From a virus (taxonomy: Duplodnaviria > Caudoviricetes), in IMG/VR virus record IMGVR_UViG_3300025154_001556: a stretch of 64,000 nucleotides of DNA. One strand, written 5' to 3'. The notes under the pieces are model-generated. The model had not been told where the DNA came from. It saw only the letters and a program-made list of their open reading frames with translations, and searched no databases. Positions 12,001-17,845 of this stretch are shown one piece after another (the first letter of the stretch is position 1; every line of letters starts with the position of its first letter). Both the position numbers and the translations under genes were made by a program.

Positions 12001-15000
12001 ATCTACCGATACTTTTTCTAACTTATTTCTTAAAGCTCCTAAAACCTCAGAGTCTTTATTAGTATTGGCTATTAGGGTCTTTATGTATTCCCAATGTTTT
12101 TTATCGGTATCACTTAGCTGTTCTACAAGTTCTGCTTGACTACCAGCACCCTGAATTGGTGTCTGGTTTATTTCCTTCATCAATTCCGAATCTTTACCAA
12201 AAACATTTAGATAGGCTGTATAAGCTGGGACATTAAGCTTTGCACCTTTTATACGTTTACGCACATCAGTGGTAGACCATGCCTCGGTAGCGGTAGGCTC
12301 CTCCACTACCTGTAAGAATTTTTGACCGACAAGACTCTTACGTTTTTCTCCAAACTCGTCTATAATTTCTGTATAAAAATTAGACATCTCCTCAAGAGCG
12401 GCGCCACGTTTTGCCATTACAGCTGCTTGATCAGACTTCTTACCACGTTGCATAAAGATTTTTGTTAAAGCTTCCTCTGCCTTTCCTGGGTCGGTACCCT
12501 TAAAACCCAAAGCGGAACTGTATGTAGATAAGGATTCTTTACCACTACCGAGTAATTTTTTATACATATCGGGGGCGAACTTATCCCGTAACGTTGTGTA
12601 GGCCTCATCTTTTTCTGATGCTTTTTGGACATTAGCAACGTTATTAAGTATGGTCTCTAATACCTCTGTCTGTAAACCACGTTTACCAGCACCTAAGGAA
12701 CTTATTCTAACATCAATTGGTTTTAGTTCATACAAACCACCTTCTTTAATCATACTACTATATGTTTGTTTCAGGTTATTTATACCATCAACACCATCGG
12801 TTATGGCTATACCAATTGAACTAAATAGCTCCTTGGCTTTATTATAGATATCTTGTTGGACAGAAGCCTCTTCTGGAATAGTTAAACCTGATGTAGCATC
12901 TTTAAAATACTCTATCATAAACTTATTACCAGAGTTTATGAGTTGTGATTTTAGCCCTTCTACTTCTGATTGAGAAGCACCTGCTGCTGTAAGCCCTTCT
13001 ATTTGACTATCTAACAATTCAGCTGCTAACTGCCCCATACTTTTAGGCATTTTGGCAGTACCTAAACCAGCGTTTACCTGCTCTTCACTAGTAAGTACTT
13101 TTATGTTTTTATCACCCCAAGTTTTAAGAATGTCTGACATTTTAGATGTGTCAGTAGAGGTCATAGACACACCCTTCGATCCAAAACGTGTGGTAAACTT
13201 TCTACCAAAGTGATTCATAAAAACTTCGGCAACTTTCGCTGCTTGCACTTCTACATTCTCAGAACGTACTGTTGCCATGGCTTTTTGTACTTCTGTAATA
13301 AAAGCTTTGTCTGCGCGTCCTTTATAGGTATTACTAACTCCTAACATATCCTGAAACTGGCTATATACTTTATTAATAGCCTCAGGAGAATCTACATCTT
13401 TTAACACCCCAGGCTTAACATCTGATACCGCCTCTGTGCCTTTACCCGAACTTAACTCTTTTCCCAGCATCCTACCGCCGGCTGCGGGTAAAACTAATGT
13501 TTTTGTTAAAGAGGTAACAGCATCAGCAAGTTTACCAGATACAAGTATTTGATCTTCAAACGTGCCGGCAGTGTGGCGTAATTCAGCAGTGACGTTAAAA
13601 CCATAACCTTTCTCACCGTAACGGCCACCTTCGATTAAAGATTTTTCACGCTCTGTTCTTAATGTTGGTGTTGTAGTACCAATCCCTTTTACACGGGCTA
13701 CATCAAATTTATCTGTAAGGCCGTTTATTTCATCAATAGAAGAGGACATAGCGTTAGTAACACCCGCTATATTACGTCCTAATTGTTGAAATTCACCAAA
13801 AGGGGCCATGCTTGTTAAGTCATCAACAAACATCTTTATATTAGTTCCACCAAGTGCTTTTAAGTAAGATAGCCCTTCTTCGTAATCTTTATTATCCTCG
13901 TCGGCTCCTCTTACTTTATTAGATTTAAGGTAAGCTATGGAACTAGCCTGAGACTCGGGTATACCTAAGGAGGATAGTTTTCTTCCTTGTGTAGGCAGTT
14001 CTTGTAACCGTTTAACAATAGGACCAGATTCCGGAGATTCTGCCGCCAATTTAGCGAGCATGTCCCTTTCAGCGTACATTTCCTTAAAACGTAGGTTTAA
14101 ATCTTTAATATAATTTTTATGTTCTTCAGGTTTTAATTCATAATCCCTTTCAGTAGGATATAAACCTGGTGTACCTCTGGAAAGAAGATTAACCACATTA
14201 GATTGCTGTAAACCACGACGTGGTTTACCGGGCTCTATTAGCGGCATCAGTTGTTCTACTTGTTTTGTAGCTGATTCAAAGCCCCTGGCACCACTCTGGT
14301 ATGCTGGTTTTTCTACCAACTTTTTTAGCGGGTCTGCTAAGACCTTACCATAGATATCATATATGTTTTTAAATTCTACTTTATCTAAGGCCTTTGCAAA
14401 ATCATATGCTGACACTTGTGCGGTGTTCATCATATTAACAAAAGACATGATCTGCGTTTTAAGATCTTTGTTGGGGTCAAGGGTAAACTGATCTATCTGA
14501 TTAGTAATGTTGGTTAATGCAGGTAATATGTCTAAATCAGGATCTATACGTTTTTTCTGCACCATTTTGGAAACAGTGGCTGCTTTGTACCCTTCTTTGA
14601 TGCCGGAGAATTCTTTAATAACACGTGCATATTCAGTTGATGCAGGTGCACCCTGTTTAAAAGTGCTTATATCAGCTAGCAATTTAGTTACTAAATCTGA
14701 TACAGCATTTTGTTCTAAGCGTGTTTGGGGATTAACACCAATAGTTTGTATTTTAGAAGCATAGTCTTCTTCGCGGCTTAATGTGCCGGCCTGTAGTGCC
14801 TTACTGTACAGCTTTTCCAGCCCTGTTTCAAACATTGCAAATTTAGATAAAGCACGTTCTGAGCCATGAGCGGTTTCCAAAATAGGGGTACCGGAAGGAG
14901 TCATCCTAGCCGCAGGTAGTGCCACATTACGGATATAAGGGGCTGGATGTTCTTTTCTTGTAGTGTCCACATCAGATAAACTTCTGTTGACCTCAGCTAC

Positions 15001-17766
15001 CGCGTATGTTTGTCTAGTAAGTTGTGTTAGTGGCCCTAATTGACTACCAACAGCTTTTTTTACACCTTCAACTAAATTAACAGTGCCTTTGGATGTTTCA
15101 TAAGCCGTTTTAAGATCAAGAAGTGCTTTTTTAATTTCAGGATCTGCCACGGTTGTCCAACCAGCTATATTTTCTTTCGACGCGGACTTCATCCACGTAG
15201 CTACTTTACTAGCCAGTAACTCCGCATTTTCATCAGCACTACCGCCATGAGTTACATTTGCCATTAACTTATCTAACTGCAGCTCTTTAAAGGCAGAAAC
15301 TATTTGATTTGGATCACCCGTAGCAGTTCTTTTGTTTTTTGTAAGTTCTCTTTGCATAGATTTTACATCCGCTATCTGCATGGTCCACATTTTAGCGTTT
15401 GTTTGATTTAAGCTATTACTTACATTTGTAAAATATTTGCTACTTTCAGGAGCTCCGGGCATTTCTAAAGGCTTCCAATCAGATTTACCTAATTGCTCAG
15501 TAACCGTGTTAGTAATATCTTTTAGTAATGCATTTAATGAGCTGGAAAGCTGTCTCTCCATAGCATGGACGTCGAGGGAAGCTCTGGAAGCGGAGATACC
15601 TTTAAGAATACCTTGCACAGAATCAGCCATCTGATCTTTTGCGGTAGCTACTTTATCGAACTCCTGTTTTATATTATCAGCACTATAACCACCTACTGCT
15701 GGTTTTATTACTTTAGATCCATAAACAGCTTTTTGTTCTGATGTACTACCGATCGCTTTAATTCTGCTAATATTTGCTGCCGGTGTGGTAGGAGCTTTGG
15801 CGCCGACATTAGTAGCAACTTTTGTAGTTGGTGCAGCCAACACAGTGTGTTTAGTACTATCAGCTAATTTAGTTAAAGACGCAGCTACTTCGGCTACATT
15901 ACGCTCTAAGGCTTCAAACTTGCTACTTAAATCTTCTGTTTTTATAGCCCTAACCTTAGTTACTAAATTATCAGCAATTTGAGATCCGGCCTTGGCTTGA
16001 CTTACCATTGAGGCCTCAGTTGTATTTTGTAGCTCATCAATCAAAGATCGCAGGGCGGCAATCTCACTGGATGCTTTTTTTACTTCTGGGCTATTAAAAG
16101 AACTCGTCCTTAAGGTCTTATTTATAGATTCAGTTTTAACACTTAAAGATTCTGTAAGAACCCCTTTTAATGATTCTAAATTCTTTTTTAAAGTAGATAT
16201 AGCTTGTTTATAATTATTAAAATAGCCACTTAAAGCTTTGGCAGCCTCGTCGGCGTTTAAATCAAGCAGCACGTCTAATTTAACGTTATCTGGAAATTTA
16301 GAAGTTATTAAACGTTCAATGTTTTCTAACTTAGGGGCTATTACTATCTCAGCAGCACCTGATGAAATTTCCTTAATTACAGAATTAAGTTCTTTTTTAA
16401 CATCCGCAGTGTCTATTGTAACATCTAGGGTGGCGGCTTTATCTATAATATCAAGTAGTGTAGTTATTTCCTTAAGTTTTTTATTAAGTGTTGTAGCTAC
16501 ACCTATCTTAATATCTCTATCTTTTACTAGAGTATCTATGTCTTTTTCAGCTAATTTAGTATCGGCAGAAACTTGGACAGTTACTTTACTGTTAGAAGCA
16601 TTTATTATAGAATCAATTGTTTTTCTAAATGCTTTATCATCAACATCTACTGATAGTACCAACTTTTCAGAAAGTTTATTGAGTCTAGTAATTATTTCTT
16701 TATCATTAAGGGCTACATCTATTTGTTGCTTAGACTTTTTAGTAGCTGTTTCTAGATATTTTATGTTGCTGGTAGATCCACCAGATTTTAAAAGTTTAGG
16801 TAAGTCTTCTAGTGCTTTACTTACAGCACGTAACTCAGAAAGTGTACTAACTAAAACTTTATCTGTTTGTTTAGAAGGCTCTTTACTAATTATACTTGTT
16901 TTCTTTGCAGCGGATAAAGTAACCAAACCTTTTTCTACTGATTTAGATATGGCTGAGGCCAACGCATACGTATCGATACCGCTAGCAGCAGAAGAGCGTT
17001 GTTTTGTAGTTTCTTCTTTTACGGCTTTTTTTATTTGATCTAGTTCTTTTATAATGTCAGAACTAGCAGCTGGTGAAGCCTCTACTGCTTTGGATAATTT
17101 TGTTAGTCCGGAAGTAAGTTGTTTAATCTCTGAATATAATTTTGATAGTCCAGCACTTACTTCTTTTACATTTGATGTATCTTTGGTTGTTGTAACAGTA
17201 GTTTTGTAGGAATTATCTACGCTCTTGGCTAACCCTTCTATGGCTGTTTGTAACTTAGTTAATTTACCAAAGTCAGTTGATGCAGGATCTTTTTTAATGG
17301 CAGTAAGGATAGAGGTATTGAGATCTTTTATACTTTTGTCTATGGCAGTTTTATCTGATTTACCTGATATGGCGCCTAATACTTTTGTTAGCGCACCTAA
17401 TTCTTTTGTTATAATTGATTCTAATGCCTTAGTATCTAATGTAGTTGTAGGTTTACCCGAAGACGTGGTTCCGCCTGCAGTGATACTTCGTTGAAATTCT
17501 TTGGCTATTGTTTTGGAAATATTATCTGCAAGGATCTTTGCTTGCTGGGCAGTATCTTTTGTAGCAGTGCTTGACTGAGCTTTACCATACGCATCATTTA
17601 GCCCATCCTTTATTGCTTTTTTAACAGAAGACGCTAATCTATCGGTTAACCCATTAAATGCTTTTGCTAATGTGCTATCTAAGGTAGAAGCTATATTGTC
17701 GGCCTTATTGCTTCCTGAACTTGATCCACTTATTATATGAGATACTGTGATGTCGTGCTTAGCCAA
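1..17766 (-). CDS. Giant tape measure protein fused to a two-barrel RNA polymerase and a PD-(D/E)XK nuclease (3'-partial, at least 5922 aa)
   Basis: AGGAGG RBS 7 nt upstream of TTG at 17766, in-frame TGA just upstream (17797-17799). Translated by hand from 17766 to about 4500 and sampled below that without an in-frame stop; the same frame is open at position 1 (..AEKKKVEQAIKDMKEVYKQQ). Absence from the ORF track fits an ORF with no stop inside the window. Lies downstream of tail tube and chaperone-like genes and contains a TP901-type TMP core. Confidence 0.95.
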   Translation of the reverse strand, partial: MAKHDITVSHIISGSSSGSNKADNIASTLDSTLAKAFNGLTDRLASSVKKAIKDGLNDAYGKAQSSTATKDTAQQAKILADNISKTIAKEFQRSITAGGTTSSGKPTTTLDTKALESIITKELGALTKVLGAISGKSDKTAIDKSIKDLNTSILTAIKKDPASTDFGKLTKLQTAIEGLAKSVDNSYKTTVTTTKDTSNVKEVSAGLSKLYSEIKQLTSGLTKLSKAVEASPAASSDIIKELDQIKKAVKEETTKQRSSAASGIDTYALASAISKSVEKGLVTLSAAKKTSIISKEPSKQTDKVLVSTLSELRAVSKALEDLPKLLKSGGSTSNIKYLETATKKSKQQIDVALNDKEIITRLNKLSEKLVLSVDVDDKAFRKTIDSIINASNSKVTVQVSADTKLAEKDIDTLVKDRDIKIGVATTLNKKLKEITTLLDIIDKAATLDVTIDTADVKKELNSVIKEISSGAAEIVIAPKLENIERLITSKFPDNVKLDVLLDLNADEAAKALSGYFNNYKQAISTLKKNLESLKGVLTESLSVKTESINKTLRTSSFNSPEVKKASSEIAALRSLIDELQNTTEASMVSQAKAGSQIADNLVTKVRAIKTEDLSSKFEALERNVAEVAASLTKLADSTKHTVLAAPTTKVATNVGAKAPTTPAANISRIKAIGSTSEQKAVYGSKVIKPAVGGYSADNIKQEFDKVATAKDQMADSVQGILKGISASRASLDVHAMERQLSSSLNALLKDITNTVTEQLGKSDWKPLEMPGAPESSKYFTNVSNSLNQTNAKMWTMQIADVKSMQRELTKNKRTATGDPNQIVSAFKELQLDKLMANVTHGGSADENAELLASKVATWMKSASKENIAGWTTVADPEIKKALLDLKTAYETSKGTVNLVEGVKKAVGSQLGPLTQLTRQTYAVAEVNRSLSDVDTTRKEHPAPYIRNVALPAARMTPSGTPILETAHGSERALSKFAMFETGLEKLYSKALQAGTLSREEDYASKIQTIGVNPQTRLEQNAVSDLVTKLLADISTFKQGAPASTEYARVIKEFSGIKEGYKAATVSKMVQKKRIDPDLDILPALTNITNQIDQFTLDPNKDLKTQIMSFVNMMNTAQVSAYDFAKALDKVEFKNIYDIYGKVLADPLKKLVEKPAYQSGARGFESATKQVEQLMPLIEPGKPRRGLQQSNVVNLLSRGTPGLYPTERDYELKPEEHKNYIKDLNLRFKEMYAERDMLAKLAAESPESGPIVKRLQELPTQGRKLSSLGIPESQASSIAYLKSNKVRGADEDNKDYEEGLSYLKALGGTNIKMFVDDLTSMAPFGEFQQLGRNIAGVTNAMSSSIDEINGLTDKFDVARVKGIGTTTPTLRTEREKSLIEGGRYGEKGYGFNVTAELRHTAGTFEDQILVSGKLADAVTSLTKTLVLPAAGGRMLGKELSSGKGTEAVSDVKPGVLKDVDSPEAINKVYSQFQDMLGVSNTYKGRADKAFITEVQKAMATVRSENVEVQAAKVAEVFMNHFGRKFTTRFGSKGVSMTSTDTSKMSDILKTWGDKNIKVLTSEEQVNAGLGTAKMPKSMGQLAAELLDSQIEGLTAAGASQSEVEGLKSQLINSGNKFMIEYFKDATSGLTIPEEASVQQDIYNKAKELFSSIGIAITDGVDGINNLKQTYSSMIKEGGLYELKPIDVRISSLGAGKRGLQTEVLETILNNVANVQKASEKDEAYTTLRDKFAPDMYKKLLGSGKESLSTYSSALGFKGTDPGKAEEALTKIFMQRGKKSDQAAVMAKRGAALEEMSNFYTEIIDEFGEKRKSLVGQKFLQVVEEPTATEAWSTTDVRKRIKGAKLNVPAYTAYLNVFGKDSELMKEINQTPIQGAGSQAELVEQLSDTDKKHWEYIKTLIANTNKDSEVLGALRNKLEKVSVDELKSFDYSTGTLDKGKRSMLGTVMDVEKFNKPFMLQLPSSDASKAKLGQKPTAFEDFYVPSPAGRGVYPEPLVAGEFGPEEPTRVLQNLINSAKDYQDFVTNTEQYYMAKNVDSRKTAEAVMKEAAAGMLKSSVLSTTSDIRVKGGRLSTYDPKYVKELEQMWITFKKNINDDLSASMDKSYASSMEGVVQSQANYAEKRYNAILKALRHAGATVSGQLSEGKVPFKVDPKGNLLEQLNTISKDFSGGKGMLEQEMNNKLAAVQKAKINYLETLAETTLGKSGSVAETLFTRKIPAVMAKAVSATVDKTKDLETFDTQMSAIIGDLEGLSPEMQQEMGISEKSIKSLKSLQEQTQSIKEKHSKRLKRTSELGLPVLGQHEIGVPAEIARKIPVSFTKKFTKEGEAAPATKVEGTLLDMLRYTQDLQGKGSTAEEKATIKKYIEEELAPYIESLRYPFTGTSSIQPYKARLLDEGKGGMASNVLAVPGMPNLPMDALSGVIQRMTKQREDLSTKRAGELSKGAAASPEKLEKLTDLIDKLNAAISNLLPKYIAHQQKLDFDGDAIEIHSAINVKARGDIKKHYDTLTQDLSDTASVFRDQFTYGAVQPPASEYTLAEMGESFAKKFPTEKGFSFMQKPFATEDMGFLSLSEQMQALAGDSKDLNKVLEQISNLLDKTDADKLEAAVTNIKDLSNADELKNNADKVAAVIETLDDKFKKSFKFQTGASLANERTKSAVAAQLFKIHTGPETEAFTRLSLSYNKDVSGESSLIGAKGDQKFSRDEQARMNELTRFSLQKGMDVKHAGAASVSSDITRDIMEPGGGEKVYKNILNNKDYEDLKDFVKADAQAITDRIHSMLSKGMADDVKSMATAYGVTADLSDIDKFTAEMVDKMGFRGFLTRLEQSIINSALDTLQKQIAANKGQGMSPDTLKAAAKEEYARRLKESSPSAVASSLITSKEAPLYKFRTAGASTESQMGAYISKHGKGALDLDVGISKLQPGAYGKKEEARYSSSMAKAVATASNLEDELNQLYEVSGSGAYGELVKTSADRLKNSQKDVQAVTAAIANYEPLDIKSIQDSIGKLTELTTGDLATMSPIHTQVFKDRSSAKDLMRMRDVVDYYTTLAGLPVVEPSVLQEIELLGKSELSKMAETKFKDQGLTPEELQTKVDAYVDVFSEKMKALYSLDRALKVFKTSSASGMDVATMLPPVSSGKVRGTTYRSTAGIEAAKVSSPIMEAGIYGSAGGPPPPATPGITTPGAGVPGGPFTFTGGALNVHLQSIAAGIGLFVGDTPQAKTQTTTEPAIDVEQLKKWSAQITGGHNELSGATYATIYRASALAGGGSYKSGFKKEDFSEKELNSRQIAAIVSAMRGESDNIPNDFLEASALVGQAIHAKIQKDIISMDPTAAIEQFVALTTKSGPITGHIDVVMKDETTGEKYPMDIKTVGEGVKKAIGEAIQTSGTSDFPEVYAKLIEKGDKPSLAAAYKLLDVASQLNVYMTAIGATKGEAKYYSSTGKGEDTPEVVKFKQDPALLAKDVDAVAKARRFAGKFRTTGSLEEQTEAAKKASPLNISASDLKRMLDESSKHFESVKTAGGGRQRAASYRPMTPKESEEKIKGFKLDETDSISDIDKLYSPKIAAGKDVWADLENFTTFHTAAKEFQRQVRNINYEEELNSLEKVSKDLSDIIRGTGKTGPDMDRFRKATDKFKQLATDQGGPEGERRAGAQLNKAWKLYRMAEGDYYLSQAKEAKRAYEAASSSKDFEAETASYGKAQSAISRMRKFVSRVAGSRTDIYTEDKKFVMPEMARRLNVYQTPGELATKATTPLGDDKQLQSMFENIVSDLQKDSVMTPAVEKARTAVSTITGSNVKREMIDMMQNAEMLTRMGSDVMHAWDFDLLAEKLSRLRASLERYMKYNLTDDFGAAQKKNLETVIKYLKSVENSYTMINQSANKDWGEAGTVPVPKWLAPKEQLAMHTSNVEKVKEYFEKPQESGGARVGEVRSYPIKVLDQTGQVVRNVVVDFAKYGKSLSDITIKERDLASAMQGSNSGFRGAIGRAVKWGAASTVVYGGFAQLKQAISTLAEIEYSLATLKMMLNPLSSDINGLSAAAVTFAKQYGVGITDVLQSMNVFAQQGLTQAEIIDRTKVSTLAANVTTLKASEATEALTSAMKIYQEEGNSAMRFLDAWSEVEAKSAITAGDLANAIQKSASAAKIAGVTFDQLNGIVAAIGSTTRQSGKEVGTSLRFILRRLSAEKGPEQLGKLGIPVMESTGQLRSGFSVLDDLSKKWKDLSNAQKLATSQALGGTRQYNSLIALMDNWDQALRATKESMNSKGSAERRNAELMGTYRKQLEQTKVALVELQMSIGKVALPAFKIGLSGVKTFLETLSAIPDPIKAAGAAFVALLTYMTKGQQLAESLGDMLAGGKDFLGISGAGEQFTKELAKTKYELFGLGGGKLATAGLKTLGKFTTTDASGGKTDVTRGTKLSDFHSSFGRLSFKLQEVGKVFNSFVADSVSTTGKGIASFGAAGKTVGTKLSSTAGIGETIETIRKRNSMTKEDIEKTVKELGIHQALKKLVSGGLAMGAEVAGMGSYLGGMAVKGFGDSLGDIGKKLTENLATDDTSFIAAVAPLLTTIAALVPAIKVLGDQYGRMTQSAQDYANAMYSMRSIQEDNLTNIKNMAASYDVLQSKIEDLNKLNDPATKERRKSLNTYEAPIITLGRAQEDVISLANQLAESNSNLVLGYDKVGNAVLKASTNFDEYFKVLDKSRTKQLAESEVDVASKFIEDLTKTGGSENTKKMIKDIASEVPIIGEMLAKGIKVAPAKAIAEVTAQLNNLLSIKAKSPMSSAVDKDIKKYQETLKALRNDYAATYKEFSNVLGNINTKGLDPNEIAKIFADPRLKEGYDVILNMEPRLNIAGLKGKINWQDVLGQTVMQRALPSAKSLDFTKELTKGKLESAGLFERQGKVLNNDIVLFMDDVAAKYNMAGKQAIVKLKETSDGVFEWVAQYFNTKTLKVEERAFDKDMQQLVENIFPANHIQDEITDKIEILNEFVAGAGAGIRAISAKDFKKEFDLGERFFSDIATTTLLQSGKGFTPTASTGKGFGESPFQKSWKKDFEEYYAKPMIKFRSYMEDLDKLKVEGLDEGSVTIANDLYKELENLTTILKNNQVVMQYRAVLADLTKTFESGKRAIEENIAVERSRQEVFKGTTGYLKGISEGLDTFDTGGPKYKDLTVQQRTLIGSEDYRNLAAQLKELDIQKQGASEGMYSSDKALVALDSIAAVSKGFGSVLTKDEMQNFTETVARTGDTGYAELKIETSRVATNTADTVTKLEDILMALGSPGELDKQLEKYMSASSPQDLLTGLERVAEMRDRASATGNSDMVIEANKVLDVMTKNLTSQLGVDRTLKEIGSQNVFGAKNYTATEASQRMFSGLDFRDFVTQMKDVVPEESKWFGLKTVPNKPTFTADVEAINKLQTANQQTQFIDDKTVMKATAAASVASAFQKAGENATVKKLDEQLQVLRAQLAAEEAKPAVNQNKGLIEDLKTQEKTLTTSREDTAAKATLYGAVTTMTASKTAIMEFAKSLGFADDTIKKLGAGTVATYAALLVFSKLLGTDLSEATKNYGKVLKDVATGVANTGEAPSLSQAIKLKRAEKNFYEDYEKNKTQYGFADGGRVFGEGTPTSDSINAKLSKDEYVLDAATARRAGYARLDKFSKTHNPEDLTGFATGGAVKNSLIESKDELKNKADLLRKVNDILKDYPELSDVLKGSEEMALDVLKEKYPEVHKAVTTLSKIKVGKGEEATLNLPDDLKKLLDAVNFKMATGGPIAGEGTGTSDDILARVSNGEYIIKADSAKHLGQSKLDYINEYGKLPTFATGGAVAGPITDPDINRPAQVLATAAAATMAGYLAESNEKLTEIATASKKSAAESTLIADLIQKNTSSAQKIFNTLNEQAIKNATTDKILQGTEVKSKVLDVDAEKKKVEQAIKDMKEVYKQQ
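358..987 (-). repeat. Four (F/M)A(D/T)GG motif repeats in the distal TMP, two in full GGxxxGxGTxTSDxIxAxxSxxEY form
   Basis: FADGG 973-987 (FADGGRVFGEGTPTSDSINAKLSKDEYVL), FATGG 805-819, MATGG 517-531 (MATGGPIAGEGTGTSDDILARVSNGEYII), FATGG 358-372. Confidence 0.75.
4750..5850 (-). other. TP901/PhageMin_Tail-type tape measure core domain
   Basis: AIGRAVKWGAASTVVYGGFAQLKQAISTLAEIEYSLATLK..FAKQYGVGITDVLQSMNVFAQQG..AITAGDLANAIQKSASAAKIAGVTFDQLNGIVAAIGSTTRQSGKEVGTSLRFILRRL..GIPVMESTGQLRSGFSVLDDLSKKWKDL..GGTRQYNSLIALMDNW, the typical TMP core pattern. Confidence 0.9.
7380..8020 (-). other. PD-(D/E)XK (RecB/lambda-exonuclease-like) nuclease domain inside the giant TMP
   Basis: Ordered motifs YRASAL, GQAIHAKIQ (7813-7839), ITGHIDVV..YPMDIKT (7669-7740), SQLNVYM (7507-7527), then GEAKYYS. 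No Cys cluster, so not Cas4-type. Confidence 0.8.
9500..11850 (-). other. RNAP beta-prime-like module (DPBB-A, catalytic DFDGD) inside the giant TMP
   Basis: Motifs colinear with RpoC: YVPSPAGRG..LQNLINS (11725-11829), LGKSGSVAETLFTRKIPAV (11110-11166, cf. KGKQGRFRQNLLGKRVD), HEIGVPAEIARKI (10828-10866, cf. Rpb1 DQVGVPKSIAKTL), RYPFTGTSSIQP (10606-10641, cf. RAPTLHRLGIQA), KLDFDGDAIEIH with DFDGD at 10315-10329 (cf. NADFDGDQMAVH). Possible trigger-loop-like QKGMDVKHAG at 9589-9618 (weak). Confidence 0.92.
12180..14900 (-). other. RNAP beta-like module (DPBB-B) inside the giant TMP
   Basis: Motifs colinear with RpoB: GTPILETAHGSERALSKF (14839-14892, cf. GTFIINGTERVIVSQL), PFGEFQQLGRN (13771-13803), FEDQILVS (13537-13560, cf. 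FEDSILVS), GRKFTTRFGSKGVS (13165-13206, cf. GDKMAGRHGNKGVIS, both catalytic lysines kept), PIDVRISSLGAGKRGLQTEVLET (12652-12720, cf. [23 protein letters not shown]). Confidence 0.9.
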
Positions 17767-17845
17767 AGCGGTGCCTCCTAGATGATGTTGCTTTAATCAA
17801 TTAAACATTCTTTTATTCTTAATAATAGAATGGTTACCTTATTAC

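Noticed and set aside
9500-14900. Inteins in the RNAP domains or terL
   Set aside because: No N-terminal Cys/Ser block, C-terminal His-Asn or LAGLIDADG motif seen; the insertions are plain helical segments.
428-17494. Dozens of + strand ORFs over the left 17.7 kb, and similar ones across the window
   Set aside because: They are antisense shadows of the minus-strand genes: Ser/Leu/Val-rich, no RBS and no recognisable motifs.
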